From: Euryarchaeota archaeon UBA91
Lineage (GTDB): Archaea; Thermoplasmatota; Poseidoniia; Poseidoniales; Poseidoniaceae
DNA: 35,521 bases
Assembly: GCA_002499705.1 (NCBI GenBank)
Contig: DAMU01000079.1
Coordinates: forward strand, 1-35,521
Direction: 5' to 3'
Shown here: positions 1-9,955 of the stretch, one piece after another
How positions within the stretch are numbered: the stretch's first letter is position 1
Layout of the letters: each line of letters begins with the position of its first letter
Translations under genes and position numbers: made by a program
Notes under the pieces: model-generated
Databases searched by the model: none
What the model was told of the DNA's origin: nothing
What the model saw: the letters and a program-made list of their open reading frames with translations, nothing else

Positions 1-110
1 CATCCCCAGTGGCACTTTCCGGTTACAAACAATACGAGTTTACTGCCATGCTGACATTGAACACATCCTTCGGCCTCACCTACTTCAGCAGGAAGTATTT
101 CAGTTGCCAT
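1..110 (-). CDS. Radical SAM protein, N-terminal fragment (runs off the window's left edge)
   Basis: Manual reverse translation from the ATG at 110 (alternative in-frame ATG at 128) gives MATEILPAEVGEAEGCVQCQHGSKLVLFVTGKCHWG. GCxxCxxGxKLVLFVTGxC matches the start of the archaeal uncharacterised radical SAM family (COG2108-like), leading into the CxxxCxxC motif. Not in the ORF track. Confidence 0.75.
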   Translation of the reverse strand, partial: MATEILPAEVGEAEGCVQCQHGSKLVLFVTGKCHWG

Positions 111-184
111 CGGCAGAGACACAGTCATTGAACTCAAACAACCCTAATGCCATTGAGGTTTCAACCTCTCGCTTGATTCAATGC

Positions 185-868
185 TTAATTTGTCAATAAT
201 GACTGATGAAGAAGCCACCGATGGAACCGATAATCACCCGTGAGTTCAGGGTGGAAGGTCAAAGCGAGGCATTGACCATCGAGAACACCAACGATTTCTT
301 CACCCAAGAAAGCCACTGGAGTACAGTCAATACTCGACTGGACAAAGCGAGGAGCTCGAATGAATACACCTGGGAATAATTCTTCACGGTCATTTTCAGA
401 AATCTCCACAGGCAGGGGTTGGTGGTTGAATTGGTCACGAGAGGCTTTGTGCGGGGAAAAATCACCAGCTGAAGGTGTTTCTAAAGAAAGTGTAACATCG
501 GCTTCAAACGAATCACGCTGACGACCCCACGCATTTCTGGAGATTTCTGCACGGAGAAAAGAACGCATGTCATCACCAGGATTTGCAAGTAGAATGGCCC
601 CTGCACAAGTCCCCAAGACTGGCCGTTGGGGGTGTTCTTGAATCCATGAAAACAAAGCTGAAAGAAGCGATTCACTTTGACTTGCTTTGCGCATAGCAGT
701 CGATTCGCCACCCGGTAAAACCAGACAATCAAGACGGTCGTCGACTTGATTGCCCGTACGTAATTCTACAATTTCAACATCCAAGCCGAGTTGTTTTGAG
801 GCCACGCCAAGGGCCTGTACATGCTCATGACGAGCGCCTTGAAGCATCGCAAGACCGACACGCACCAT
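185..868 (-). CDS. pdxT: Pyridoxal 5'-phosphate synthase glutaminase subunit
   Basis: Motifs LQGA, LPGGEST, GTCAG, RNAWGRQRDSFE, FIRAP and FHPEL. Start placed at MVRVGLAMLQG. Confidence 0.93.
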   Translation of the reverse strand: MVRVGLAMLQGARHEHVQALGVASKQLGLDVEIVELRTGNQVDDRLDCLVLPGGESTAMRKASQSESLLSALFSWIQEHPQRPVLGTCAGAILLANPGDDMRSFLRAEISRNAWGRQRDSFEADVTLSLETPSAGDFSPHKASRDQFNHQPLPVEISENDREELFPGVFIRAPRFVQSSIDCTPVAFLGEEIVGVLDGQCLALTFHPELTGDYRFHRWLLHQSLLTN

Positions 869-950
869 GGCCAACCGTAGCGGCACTTCCCTAAGAGTTC
901 AGCGACACGGACACACGCTTCATAACATGGCAGAAGAAGGTGTACAAGCC

Positions 951-2171
951 ATGCAGTTGAAGAACCTCCATGTATTGCAACAACCAATGGACATCAGCGA
1001 AGACTGTTTCCTCGTCCCAGGACCGGTGCGTATGGGTCAACCATGCCTCAGTGCACTCGGATCTCCTGTCATTACTGCCCGCGGCACCGAATATCGCGAC
1101 GTCATGGCTCAATTGAACTCTGGACTCCGAAGCGCATTCAATTTGGCACCCTCACAGCCTGTACGCGGTGTTCAATCGTGGTCAGGAGACGATGATTACA
1201 AGGTCGTTGTCGTATCAGGTAGCGGCACTGCTGCCATGGAAATGGTCATTGCGAACAGATTTCGCTCAAACGATTTAGTGTTGGTTCCAACCAACGGGAA
1301 ATTCGGTGAACGAGTTGCTGAGATTTGCCAACGCTTTTGCAACGTAAAGCACCTCAAATACGAATGGGGCAGGGCGTTTGATTTGTATGAACTTGAACAG
1401 CAATTGGAACGAGGTTGTTACGAATCAGTTTTGATTTGTCATAACGAAACCAGTACTGGCATTACACAAGACGCAGCAGCAATCGCAGAGATGTGTGCAC
1501 GGCACAAAACTTCGTTTATCCTTGATGGAATTACTTCAGTTGGAGGTATGCCAGTTCATCCAACAGAATGGGCAGCAGAAGCGGTTGTAGTTGGTGCACA
1601 AAAATGTACCGCGGGCCCATCGGGAATCGCTGCTATCGCCATTAATTCTAACTTTATTGACCGAGTTCATGCGATTCGAGAACAAGGCGACTCAAATCCG
1701 AACTATTACCTCGATTTAGTCTCCGCACTGAAAAAAGGCTCTGATGACCAAACACCATGGACTCCTGCAATCAATTTAGCAATGGGATGGAGTGCTGCTC
1801 TTGAGGTGTTGAAAGAAGAGACGAATTCGGAAAGATGGTCTCGATGTGAACACATGGCGAATGGCGTCCGCCATCTGTTTTCTGACCTCGGATTTGATTT
1901 ACTCGCTGATTCAAGCCAACGCAGCAATACAGTGACTGCAATACTCTATCCTGAAGGCATCGATGACAGTTGGAGGTCTCGTCTCAAGGATGATTACAAT
2001 ACACAAGTCATTGGCGCTCAAGACCATTTGAAGGGTAAAATGTTCAGAGTTGGTTCAATGGGTGAAACGCCAGTCGAGGAAATGGTTGAAGGATGCAAAC
2101 GCATGATTGACTGTTTCAAATCATTTGGATTATCTCTCCCTGATCTCGATGTTGATTCTTATTTCGCATGA
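951..2171 (+). CDS. Class V PLP-dependent aminotransferase (serine-pyruvate/alanine-glyoxylate/archaeal aspartate aminotransferase-like)
   Basis: PGPV, SGSGTAAME, NGKFGER, HNETSTG, DGITSVGG, GAQKC (PLP lysine), QTPWTPA, FRVGSMG. The ATG at 951 is preceded by GAAGGTG; an alternative ATG lies at 927. Confidence 0.88.
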   Translation: MQLKNLHVLQQPMDISEDCFLVPGPVRMGQPCLSALGSPVITARGTEYRDVMAQLNSGLRSAFNLAPSQPVRGVQSWSGDDDYKVVVVSGSGTAAMEMVIANRFRSNDLVLVPTNGKFGERVAEICQRFCNVKHLKYEWGRAFDLYELEQQLERGCYESVLICHNETSTGITQDAAAIAEMCARHKTSFILDGITSVGGMPVHPTEWAAEAVVVGAQKCTAGPSGIAAIAINSNFIDRVHAIREQGDSNPNYYLDLVSALKKGSDDQTPWTPAINLAMGWSAALEVLKEETNSERWSRCEHMANGVRHLFSDLGFDLLADSSQRSNTVTAILYPEGIDDSWRSRLKDDYNTQVIGAQDHLKGKMFRVGSMGETPVEEMVEGCKRMIDCFKSFGLSLPDLDVDSYFA

Positions 2172-2180
2172 GGTGAATGC

Positions 2181-2732
2181 ATGACCAGATATATTGTCCT
2201 GGGGCGTTTTCAACCCTTTCACATGGGTCATGAATACTTGGTCAAAGCTGCTCACGAACATGTCGGAGATGATGACCAGTTGGTCATCGCAATTGGTTCA
2301 CAACAGGCAGGATGGGAGCCAACTAATCCGTGGACTGTAGATGAAAGAAAAGCGATGATTAAAGCATGGTCACAGAGTGAAAATCTCGCTGTAGAAATTG
2401 TCGGAATTGATGACATCAATGACCCGCCTAATTGGGTTGAACATGCCCGTAAAACTCACGGCGATGGAATCCTTGTGACTTCTGATGGACCAACCGCTCA
2501 ATTGTATCGGGATGCCGGCTATGAAGTCACTGAACCTGAAATGCAACAACGTGAACAGCATGAAGGATGGAGAGTTCGACAAACAGCAAAAATGCTTTCA
2601 ACGGTGTATGATGATGAGGCCGTTCGAGAGGTTCTCAAATCGAGTATCCCTCAAGCGGTCATTGAATGGCTCATTGAACACGATGCCTTATTCCGTCTCT
2701 CGACGTTTGAAACCGGAGTCCATGCAGGATAA
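2181..2732 (+). CDS. nadM: Nicotinamide-nucleotide adenylyltransferase (archaeal NadM-like cytidylyltransferase family)
   Basis: GRFQPFHMGH (HxGH), IAIGSQQ, NPWTVDER, DINDPPNWVEH. GAGGTGA RBS upstream. Confidence 0.8.
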   Translation: MTRYIVLGRFQPFHMGHEYLVKAAHEHVGDDDQLVIAIGSQQAGWEPTNPWTVDERKAMIKAWSQSENLAVEIVGIDDINDPPNWVEHARKTHGDGILVTSDGPTAQLYRDAGYEVTEPEMQQREQHEGWRVRQTAKMLSTVYDDEAVREVLKSSIPQAVIEWLIEHDALFRLSTFETGVHAG

Positions 2733-2981
2733 TCATTTTCTAAACAGTTTTTTCTTGACCTGCTTTTTCATTTGATCTTTGGCCATTTTGTTCACTTTTT
2801 CTTCAGCCTTTGCTTTAATCCCAGTAGCGACAGATGAGAGTTTTTCTTTCGCAGCGTCCTTGACGGGCTTGGTGACTTCATCGATAACCTGACGTTTTGC
2901 AGAACTTGCTGCCGACTTTGCTGCTTTCTTTGCTGCATTTCCTGCTGCACCAGCAGCCTTACCTGCAAGTTTCTTGACCAT
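2733..2981 (-). CDS. Small Lys/Ala-rich basic hypothetical protein
   Basis: 82-aa ORF filling the gap downstream of grpE, with about 22 Lys and 18 Ala and AAKKAAK-type low complexity. Confidence 0.6.
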   Translation of the reverse strand: MVKKLAGKAAGAAGNAAKKAAKSAASSAKRQVIDEVTKPVKDAAKEKLSSVATGIKAKAEEKVNKMAKDQMKKQVKKKLFRK

Positions 2982-3020
2982 GTATCGTTGAGAACATCTT
3001 CACACAAGAATCTTGTGGAA

Positions 3021-3602
3021 CTATTCATCGGATGCAACGACGACTCGAGCGGCTAAAAGAACCCGCTGTTTGTACATGTAACCCGATTCCAAAACATCGA
3101 CTACATTACCAGATGGATATGCATCAGATGAAGGAATCGTCGTGATTGCCTCCATTTTAGCGGGGTCAAAGGGTTGATTTTGTGCCTCAATAGCCGTAAC
3201 GCCGTCAGCAGAAAGTTCGTGCCACATCTTGTTTCTTAACAACCGCAATCCTTGAGCGACAGCAGATGCATCATCCTTATCGAGGTTCTCGATAGCCCTG
3301 TCAACATCGCCAAGAACGGTGAGCATCCGGCGAGCAAGACCCATTCCACTGTATTGTATCAGTTCTGCTTTTTCACCCATCAAACGTTTTCGCACATTTT
3401 GAATTTCAGCGTCTTTGTAAGCGATTTCCTTTTCCGCTTTTTCAGCACGCATGAGTGCTTCTTCCAACGGGTCGAGAACTTCAACTTCAACTGAATCTGC
3501 GAGGTCAAGCGTTTCCATTCCCTCTTCAATAACAGGAATTGAATCATCGGCATTACCGATGTTTTCTTCAGGCTCTTCAGAAGGCAATTCGTCACCCATC
3601 AT
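3021..3602 (-). CDS. grpE: Nucleotide exchange factor GrpE
   Basis: Acidic N-terminus, AEIQNVRKR, FDPAKMEAI, GYMYKQRVLLAARVVVA. Confidence 0.92.
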   Translation of the reverse strand: MMGDELPSEEPEENIGNADDSIPVIEEGMETLDLADSVEVEVLDPLEEALMRAEKAEKEIAYKDAEIQNVRKRLMGEKAELIQYSGMGLARRMLTVLGDVDRAIENLDKDDASAVAQGLRLLRNKMWHELSADGVTAIEAQNQPFDPAKMEAITTIPSSDAYPSGNVVDVLESGYMYKQRVLLAARVVVASDE

Positions 3603-3616
3603 GTTATGCGTTACGG

Positions 3617-3631
3617 AAGTGGTCTTTGAAC
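3617..3631 (-). promoter_or_regulatory. Putative promoter element GTTCAAAGACCACTT upstream of grpE (TATA position for a leaderless mRNA)
   Basis: TTCAAA lies at -28..-23 from the start codon. A 14/15-identical copy occurs at the same spacing at 25054-25068. Confidence 0.4.
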
Positions 3632-3638
3632 CCCTCGA

Positions 3639-4319
3639 TTAATCGAGAAGGTACTGACGGAGATTCCACCGACCGTGCCCCCATAAGTCTGCTTTCATGT
3701 GTTCCCTTCCAAGAATTCCAAGAAGATTTGGTGAACTGTTGCAGAGGGTGATGGTGTAGACTAATCCACGAGAAGCCCGGTCGTGTGCCTCAAAGGTCGG
3801 TACTATCTTTGGGTCTTCATTTTCATCAAGCGTTTCCCCGAGTTCCTTACGGCGCTCCATCCAATCCAAGCAAACCAATTCAGAAAATTCTTCTTCTGGT
3901 AAACCGTTGAGTTGTTGAATCAATTGGGTCCATGTCTCTTCGTCATACAGATCTTCACTGCTTGAAATCGTTCGTTTTAGCGCCACATCAAGATAGAGAA
4001 AAGCTCGCCCTTCCCACACTTCCCACGCACCTGGGCTTGCCCATTCCATGAGGTGGAGAAGTCCTTGCGAACCTTCAGGTATTGACTTGAGAACTTCGAG
4101 AACTGAACCTGTTTTTTCAACTTCAATTGAATCAACCCAGTCGAGGATTTCGGCTTCGCAATCAATGTCAAAAGCCCGTTTTAGCCTCGAATCATATGCT
4201 GGTCTTTGGTCACGAAATCGGCCTTTTTCCATGCCCTGATAGAGCATATCCCATGGTTGTTGAAGCAGATTCTTTAAACACGGTTCATCGACAATTAACA
4301 GAACCATATCGATGCCCAT
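3639..4319 (-). CDS. Hypothetical protein (acidic, Trp-rich)
   Basis: Open frame of about 226 aa filling the gap between grpE and the DRG gene; no family recognised. Confidence 0.7.
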   Translation of the reverse strand: MGIDMVLLIVDEPCLKNLLQQPWDMLYQGMEKGRFRDQRPAYDSRLKRAFDIDCEAEILDWVDSIEVEKTGSVLEVLKSIPEGSQGLLHLMEWASPGAWEVWEGRAFLYLDVALKRTISSSEDLYDEETWTQLIQQLNGLPEEEFSELVCLDWMERRKELGETLDENEDPKIVPTFEAHDRASRGLVYTITLCNSSPNLLGILGREHMKADLWGHGRWNLRQYLLD

Positions 4320-4450
4320 ATTTGATTCCAAAAGGCCGTCTCGTTTGATGTCATCGGCTATGAAATGAAGAATTGAAAGCGCTCAATCTACCGATTCAAG
4401 AGAAGAGCATTGAAGAAGAACGGTTCACCCGATGCACATGGGGCTTTGTT

Positions 4451-5566
4451 ATGGCGACAATTAAAGAGCAGATCGAATTGATCCGCGCTGAAATTGACAA
4501 AACACAAAAAAATAAGGCCACCAATGCGCACATCGGAAAACTGAAAGCAAAAATCGCCCAGTTGAAAATTAAGGAAGAAAAGGCCCATGCTCACTCGAAG
4601 GCGAGTGGTGGTGGCAAAGGATTTGAAGTGAAAAAGTCAGGTGACGCTACCGTCGCTTTAGTCGGTTTTCCTTCGGTAGGGAAGTCAACTTTGATTTCGA
4701 AGGTTACCGACGCTCACTCAGAAGCAGCCGGTTATGCATTTACCACACTTACCTGTATCCCTGGGGTGATGGAACACCGTGGTGCTAAAATTCAAATTTT
4801 AGATTTGCCAGGACTCATCAAAGGCGCTGCTGAAGGAAAAGGTAGAGGAAGAGAAATTCTCAATGTCATTCGTAGTGCAGACATGGTGTTGTATATTGTT
4901 GACCCCTTCCAGGATGCGCATTTCAATGTCCTTCACCGTGAACTCCACAATGCTGGGCTAAGGCTTAACGAAACAAAGCCTCCAGTATTCATCAAGCGTA
5001 CTGAACGCGGTGGAATTGATGTTCGAACTACGGTCGAACAAACCCATCTCAGTCATGAAGAAATGAGCGAAATTATACGCTCCTTTGGATATACATCGGC
5101 AATTGTCACGCTTCGAAACGATACCACTGCGGAACAAATTGTTGATTGTTTAGCCGAAAATAGAATCTATGAAAAAGCAGTCATTGCCATCAACAAAATC
5201 GACATTGCGAGCGAAGAAGAAATTGTCCGTTCGCGCAAAGCTCTCCCTGCTGATTGGCCAGTTATGCGTATTTCTGCATTCAAGGACATCGGCCTTGAGG
5301 AACTAAAAGATTTCATTTATGACAATCTCGGATTCATGAGAGTTTATCTCAAACCTCAGGGCCAAGATGCTGATTTAGAGGAACCACTCATTGTCAAAGA
5401 TGACTCTACAGTTCAACACATTTGCAACAAATTGCACCGAGACTTCGTGCGTAAGTTCCGATATGCACGTGTTAAAGGTCCGAGCGCAAAATTCGATTGG
5501 CAAAGGGTTGGTTTAGACCATCTGCTCAAGGATGGAGATTTACTTACCATCGTTGTTCGACGCTGA
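4451..5566 (+). CDS. drg: DRG/Obg-family GTP-binding protein with C-terminal TGS domain
   Basis: KNKATNAHIGKLKAK, GFEVKKSGDA, GFPSVGKST (G1), YAFTTLT (G2), DLPG (G3), NKID (G4), TGS tail QRVGLDHLLKDGD. Confidence 0.95.
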   Translation: MATIKEQIELIRAEIDKTQKNKATNAHIGKLKAKIAQLKIKEEKAHAHSKASGGGKGFEVKKSGDATVALVGFPSVGKSTLISKVTDAHSEAAGYAFTTLTCIPGVMEHRGAKIQILDLPGLIKGAAEGKGRGREILNVIRSADMVLYIVDPFQDAHFNVLHRELHNAGLRLNETKPPVFIKRTERGGIDVRTTVEQTHLSHEEMSEIIRSFGYTSAIVTLRNDTTAEQIVDCLAENRIYEKAVIAINKIDIASEEEIVRSRKALPADWPVMRISAFKDIGLEELKDFIYDNLGFMRVYLKPQGQDADLEEPLIVKDDSTVQHICNKLHRDFVRKFRYARVKGPSAKFDWQRVGLDHLLKDGDLLTIVVRR

Positions 5567-5884
5567 TTAATCCCAAATGCCCATGTCCATTCGAGCATCT
5601 TCTGTAGCGTGGATTTTCGGGTCCCAACGAGGCGCCCAAACAAGATTGATGTGAACACTTTCAAGTCCTTCTGTTTGCAATGCTGCTCGGTGGGCTGCAG
5701 CCATTATTTCAGGTGCTGCAGGGCAACCAGGCGATGTGAGGGTCATGTCAATTTCCGCATGCATCAATTCGTCTTTCGTTTCAAAACGGACATCGTAAAC
5801 GAGTCCTAATTCAACGATGGATAATTCCAATTCAGGGTCTTCCACTTCATCCAACTGAGTCAAAACATCTTGCTTTTCAACCAT
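5567..5884 (-). CDS. sufT: DUF59/SufT (MIP18/PaaD-like) Fe-S cluster assembly protein
   Basis: VEDPELELSIVELGLVY, MTLTSPGCP, LVWAPRWDP; last gene of the suf operon. Confidence 0.9.
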   Translation of the reverse strand: MVEKQDVLTQLDEVEDPELELSIVELGLVYDVRFETKDELMHAEIDMTLTSPGCPAAPEIMAAAHRAALQTEGLESVHINLVWAPRWDPKIHATEDARMDMGIWD

Positions 5885-5893
5885 TCAAACACC

Positions 5894-6304
5894 TCATACA
5901 AAATTTCGAATCTCAGCCATGACCTTATCGAACATGTTTCTGAATCCATTGGACCGACTTGGAGAAAGCGAATTGAGCACACCCATCTCTTCAGCGAAAT
6001 CTGGGGAAAGCAGTAAAGCTTGAGCAGGAGCACTACCGTTGATTGCCAGCGTCAAGATACCCATCAAACCTTGAACCAATTTTGCATCTGCTCCTGAAAG
6101 CAAGAGAACTTTGCCATCTTGCAACTCGACATGAACATGTGCTTCAGATTGGCACCCTTGAACTTTGGACTGTTGCGTCCATTGCTCATGTGGGAAAGGA
6201 ATGACTTCTTCAGCCATGTCAAAAACCATTTCTAATCGTTCCATTTTGTCATCGACTTCTTGGAACTCTTCGATTAATTCAGATAATGCTTCAGGATAAG
6301 TCAT
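5894..6304 (-). CDS. sufE: SufE cysteine desulfuration (sulfur acceptor) protein
   Basis: VQGCQS, ADAKLVQGL, LSPSRSNG; ATGA overlap with sufS. Confidence 0.92.
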   Translation of the reverse strand: MTYPEALSELIEEFQEVDDKMERLEMVFDMAEEVIPFPHEQWTQQSKVQGCQSEAHVHVELQDGKVLLLSGADAKLVQGLMGILTLAINGSAPAQALLLSPDFAEEMGVLNSLSPSRSNGFRNMFDKVMAEIRNFV

Positions 6305-7503
6305 CCAAACCTCTCCGTGATCTCTTTGAGTTGAGTAACGAAATGTTCTGCTTCTTCCATCGTATTATACAGGTAAAAGGAGGCACGAACAGTTCCGTTA
6401 ATGCCCAACCGATGCAGCAAAGGTTGAGCGCAATGATGTCCAGTTCGAACAGCAAATCCGCGAGAATCAAGAAGATGGGCTAAATCTTCACTGTGGATAG
6501 AGGGGTGGAGGAAAGACACGACCGCACTGTCTTTTTCGTCATGACGACCATACACTGGAATATCCATTGAACGTAATTGTTCTGCGACCCAGCGGGCTAT
6601 GTCAATCAATCTTTTATGCTCTTTTTCTAAATCAAGTTGAGACATCCAATCGAACGCTGCACACCAGCCGATAGCTTCCGCAATACGAGGTGTTCCTGCT
6701 TCGAATTTATGCTCATTTGTTTGGTAAGTCGAGCCGGTGATGGTGACCGTTTCGATCATATCCCCTCCACCCATGAACGGTTGCATTGTTTCGAACACTT
6801 CTGCATCTACAAGCAGTGCACCTATTCCTGTAGGACCACACATCTTATGTGCGGAGAAAGCCATAAAATCGGCTTTGGAGTCTATGAAATCGATTTGTTC
6901 ATGAGGTACGCCTTGAGCTGCATCAATCAAAACCAGTGCTCCGTTTGAATGAGCAAGTTCAGTGATTTCTTCTAAGGGGTTACGGACACCGAGGACATTG
7001 GATGTGTGAACGACGCAAACAAGTTTCGCACCTTCGAGAGATGCTGCGTATACGTCCATATCAAGAGTGAAATCTTCAAGAACGGGAACATACCTCAACT
7101 CAACCTTTCGCTCTTCGGCTAACATTTGCCAAGGAACAATATCTGAATGGTGTTCCATTTCGGTTAAAACAATCACATCCCCTTCAACAAGATTAGCACG
7201 ACCCCATGCATGGGCGACCAAATTAATCGCCTCAGTTGTGCCGCTGGTAAGAATTGCACGTTCAGCGTTAAACCAATTCTTCAATCGTTGACGGCATGCC
7301 TCATACCCTTCGGTTGCTTCACCTGCAAGTGTGTGAACTGCTCTGTGAACATTGGCATTTGAAGAGGTGTAGTAATTATTCATCGCATCCAAGACCACTT
7401 GGGGCTTCTGGGTTGTAGCAGCATTATCCAAATAGATTAAAGGGAAACCATTGACTTCACGCTTGAGGATAGGAAAATCATCACGTAGAGCCATTGTGTT
7501 CAC
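6301..7503 (-). CDS. sufS: Cysteine desulfurase SufS (group II)
   Basis: YLDNAATTQKP, NVHRAVH, MEHHSDIVPW, FSAHKMCGPTG, RTGHHCAQP. Confidence 0.96.
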   Translation of the reverse strand: MNTMALRDDFPILKREVNGFPLIYLDNAATTQKPQVVLDAMNNYYTSSNANVHRAVHTLAGEATEGYEACRQRLKNWFNAERAILTSGTTEAINLVAHAWGRANLVEGDVIVLTEMEHHSDIVPWQMLAEERKVELRYVPVLEDFTLDMDVYAASLEGAKLVCVVHTSNVLGVRNPLEEITELAHSNGALVLIDAAQGVPHEQIDFIDSKADFMAFSAHKMCGPTGIGALLVDAEVFETMQPFMGGGDMIETVTITGSTYQTNEHKFEAGTPRIAEAIGWCAAFDWMSQLDLEKEHKRLIDIARWVAEQLRSMDIPVYGRHDEKDSAVVSFLHPSIHSEDLAHLLDSRGFAVRTGHHCAQPLLHRLGINGTVRASFYLYNTMEEAEHFVTQLKEITERFG

Positions 7504-8540
7504 CTCTTCAGTTCACATTCAAGATGGACTGTTAGTCTGGTTTTCATTTCTTCCGTGAGGTACTTGTTTGACAGATTAGAAAACGCATTGAGAAGGAACC
7601 CACTGACGATAAGTGACTGAGATTCGTCAGGGCTCAAACCTCTGGACATGAGATAGTGCATTTGGTTTTTGTCAACGGGAGCGGTTGCAGCACCATGAGC
7701 GGCAGACACGTCATCGGCGAGAACTTCGAGTTCAGGAATTGCTTCAGCACGCGCTTTTTCTGAAAGAAGAAGATTACGGAAAACTTGGGAGGCATCGGTT
7801 TTGTTCGCACCTTCTGCGATGGTAAGCAGTCCTGTAGCGATAAAATGGCTGCTTCCTGAACAGGCAGAGTTCATCACTAAATCGGAATTCGTATGGCCAT
7901 GAAGGTGATGAATCTCGACATGTTCATCGTCATGTCGAGGGCCAACTGCATTGGCAGTAACCGATTGACGTATCGTAGAGCCCGTACCGTTCAATGTGCT
8001 TCGCAAATCGGATTTACAACGAAATCCGCCAATCGAGAGGGTGGCATGTTCCAGTTCAGCATCACGCTCTACAATCCAATCTTCACAACGTAGAAACTTA
8101 GTATTCGAGTCAAGTTCGTTGATGAATCCAAAGGAGAATTGAACATTCGGGTGAACTTTACCGGTAATGTGGATGCCAACCCATTCCGGCTCGCCAATGA
8201 GGTGGATTAAAACAACACATGATGCTTTTACATCAAGGTGTAAGTGGCCAACAGCAACATGCCCTGAAGCACGAGCGTCGATATGAATCGGTTCCGATTC
8301 TTCAGAGATAATGAGTCGGTTGTTTGAACCACCTGCTGATTGTAAAAATGCACGAGCAATGTCTTCATGAGTGGTTGCAGAATGGGAGATTGACTCCAAT
8401 TCATGTTCAGTGCTAAGTGAAAAAGTTACGTCATCGACTTCAGGAACTTCATCGGTTGAACTGGGGTGGATTCGAGGCCAAGGAGTGTAGCGCCACAAAT
8501 GTTCAGAACGAGGTGGAATAGCCATCTTCTGGTAGATCAT
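7500..8540 (-). CDS. sufD: Fe-S cluster assembly protein SufD
   Basis: [44 protein letters not shown]; located between sufB and sufS. Confidence 0.88.
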   Translation of the reverse strand: MIYQKMAIPPRSEHLWRYTPWPRIHPSSTDEVPEVDDVTFSLSTEHELESISHSATTHEDIARAFLQSAGGSNNRLIISEESEPIHIDARASGHVAVGHLHLDVKASCVVLIHLIGEPEWVGIHITGKVHPNVQFSFGFINELDSNTKFLRCEDWIVERDAELEHATLSIGGFRCKSDLRSTLNGTGSTIRQSVTANAVGPRHDDEHVEIHHLHGHTNSDLVMNSACSGSSHFIATGLLTIAEGANKTDASQVFRNLLLSEKARAEAIPELEVLADDVSAAHGAATAPVDKNQMHYLMSRGLSPDESQSLIVSGFLLNAFSNLSNKYLTEEMKTRLTVHLECELKR

Positions 8541-9943
8541 CCAATGGAACCCTCCATTTCCAATTCGAGTAATTTATTCAATTCAACTGCGTATTCCATC
8601 GGAAGTTCTCGTGTAAACGGTTCAAAGAATCCATTCACAATCAAGCCCATTGCTTCATCTTCAGTAAACCCACGACTCATGAGATAGAACAACTGGTCAC
8701 TCGAAACTTTAGAAACGCTCGCTTCGTGTTCCAAATCCGATGTCGAGTTTCCAATTTCCATGGTCGGATATGTATCGGAGCGAGAGCCCCCGTCGAGGAT
8801 AAGTGCGTCACAGACCACCTTTGAGCGGCATCCAGTTGACTTGGGCGTAACTTGAAGTAATCCTCTGTAAGATGAGCGTCCGCCATCTTTCGAGATTGAT
8901 TTAGAAAGAATATTCGAAGTTGTGTTCGATGCAAGATGGTGGACTTTAGCACCGGTGTCTTGATGTTGTCCTTTCCCTGCATAAGCCACGGAAATGACCT
9001 CTGCGTGAGCACCTTCGCCCTTGAGAAGAACGGAAGGATATTTCATTGTTAATTTGGAGCCGATGTTTCCGTCAACCCACTCAACTGTAGCGTTTTTGTG
9101 AGCAACCGCACGCTTAGTTACCAAGTTGTAGACATTGCTTGACCAGTTTTGAACGGTTGAATAGCGTATTTTCGCTCCTTCCATGGCAATGAGTTCTACA
9201 ACTGCCGAATGCAGTGAATCGGTTGAATAACTTGGGGCAGTGCATCCTTCAACATAGTGAACAGTACTACCTTCGTCAGCGATGATGAGTGTTCGCTCAA
9301 ATTGACCCATATTTTTCGCATTGATACGGAAATATGCCTGAACTGGCATTTCGACACTTACACCCTTGGGGATGTAGAGGAAAGAACCTCCAGACCAAAC
9401 GGCGGTGTTGAGAGCAGAAAATTTGTTATCACTGTGTGGGATGACAGTGCCGAAGTATTTTTTGACCAGTTCAGGATATTGCTTGAGACCTGAATCCATG
9501 TCCAAGAAAATGACTCCCTGTTCTTCAAGATCTTCACGTATCGAGTGATAGACTGCTTCAGACTCATACTGAGCAGTAACACCGCCAAGCCACTTCTGTT
9601 CAGCTTCAGGAATTCCCAATCTGTCAAAAGTATTTTTGATATCATCAGGAACATCATCCCAGGATTTCTCAGTTTGATCAGAAGAGCGTAAGAAATAGGT
9701 AATGTTCTCAAAATCAATCATGTTGAGTAGGTCACAATTTCCCCATTCGGGCATAACCCTTTCAGTAAAGTGTCGGAAAGCCTTGACTCGGATTTCAGTC
9801 ATCCACTCAGGTTCATCTTTGAGTTCTGAAATGTCACGAACGACTTGTTCTGAAAGACCTTTATCAAACCGAATAGTCGAGTTTTCTGGATCGTGGAATC
9901 CATAGCGATAATCGCCAATAATTTCTTGAGTTTCATCGGACAT
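8537..9943 (-). CDS. sufB: Fe-S cluster assembly protein SufB
   Basis: [64 protein letters not shown]. Confidence 0.97.
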   Translation of the reverse strand: MSDETQEIIGDYRYGFHDPENSTIRFDKGLSEQVVRDISELKDEPEWMTEIRVKAFRHFTERVMPEWGNCDLLNMIDFENITYFLRSSDQTEKSWDDVPDDIKNTFDRLGIPEAEQKWLGGVTAQYESEAVYHSIREDLEEQGVIFLDMDSGLKQYPELVKKYFGTVIPHSDNKFSALNTAVWSGGSFLYIPKGVSVEMPVQAYFRINAKNMGQFERTLIIADEGSTVHYVEGCTAPSYSTDSLHSAVVELIAMEGAKIRYSTVQNWSSNVYNLVTKRAVAHKNATVEWVDGNIGSKLTMKYPSVLLKGEGAHAEVISVAYAGKGQHQDTGAKVHHLASNTTSNILSKSISKDGGRSSYRGLLQVTPKSTGCRSKVVCDALILDGGSRSDTYPTMEIGNSTSDLEHEASVSKVSSDQLFYLMSRGFTEDEAMGLIVNGFFEPFTRELPMEYAVELNKLLELEMEGSIG

Positions 9944-9955
9944 ATATTACACACC

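Noticed and set aside
867-950. N-terminal extension of the aminotransferase ORF overlapping the pdxT start (similar extensions on DRG, ABC ATPase 2, PAP2 and PHP ORFs)
   Set aside because: Longest-ORF artefacts; downstream ATGs with RBS or homology-consistent positions are better starts.
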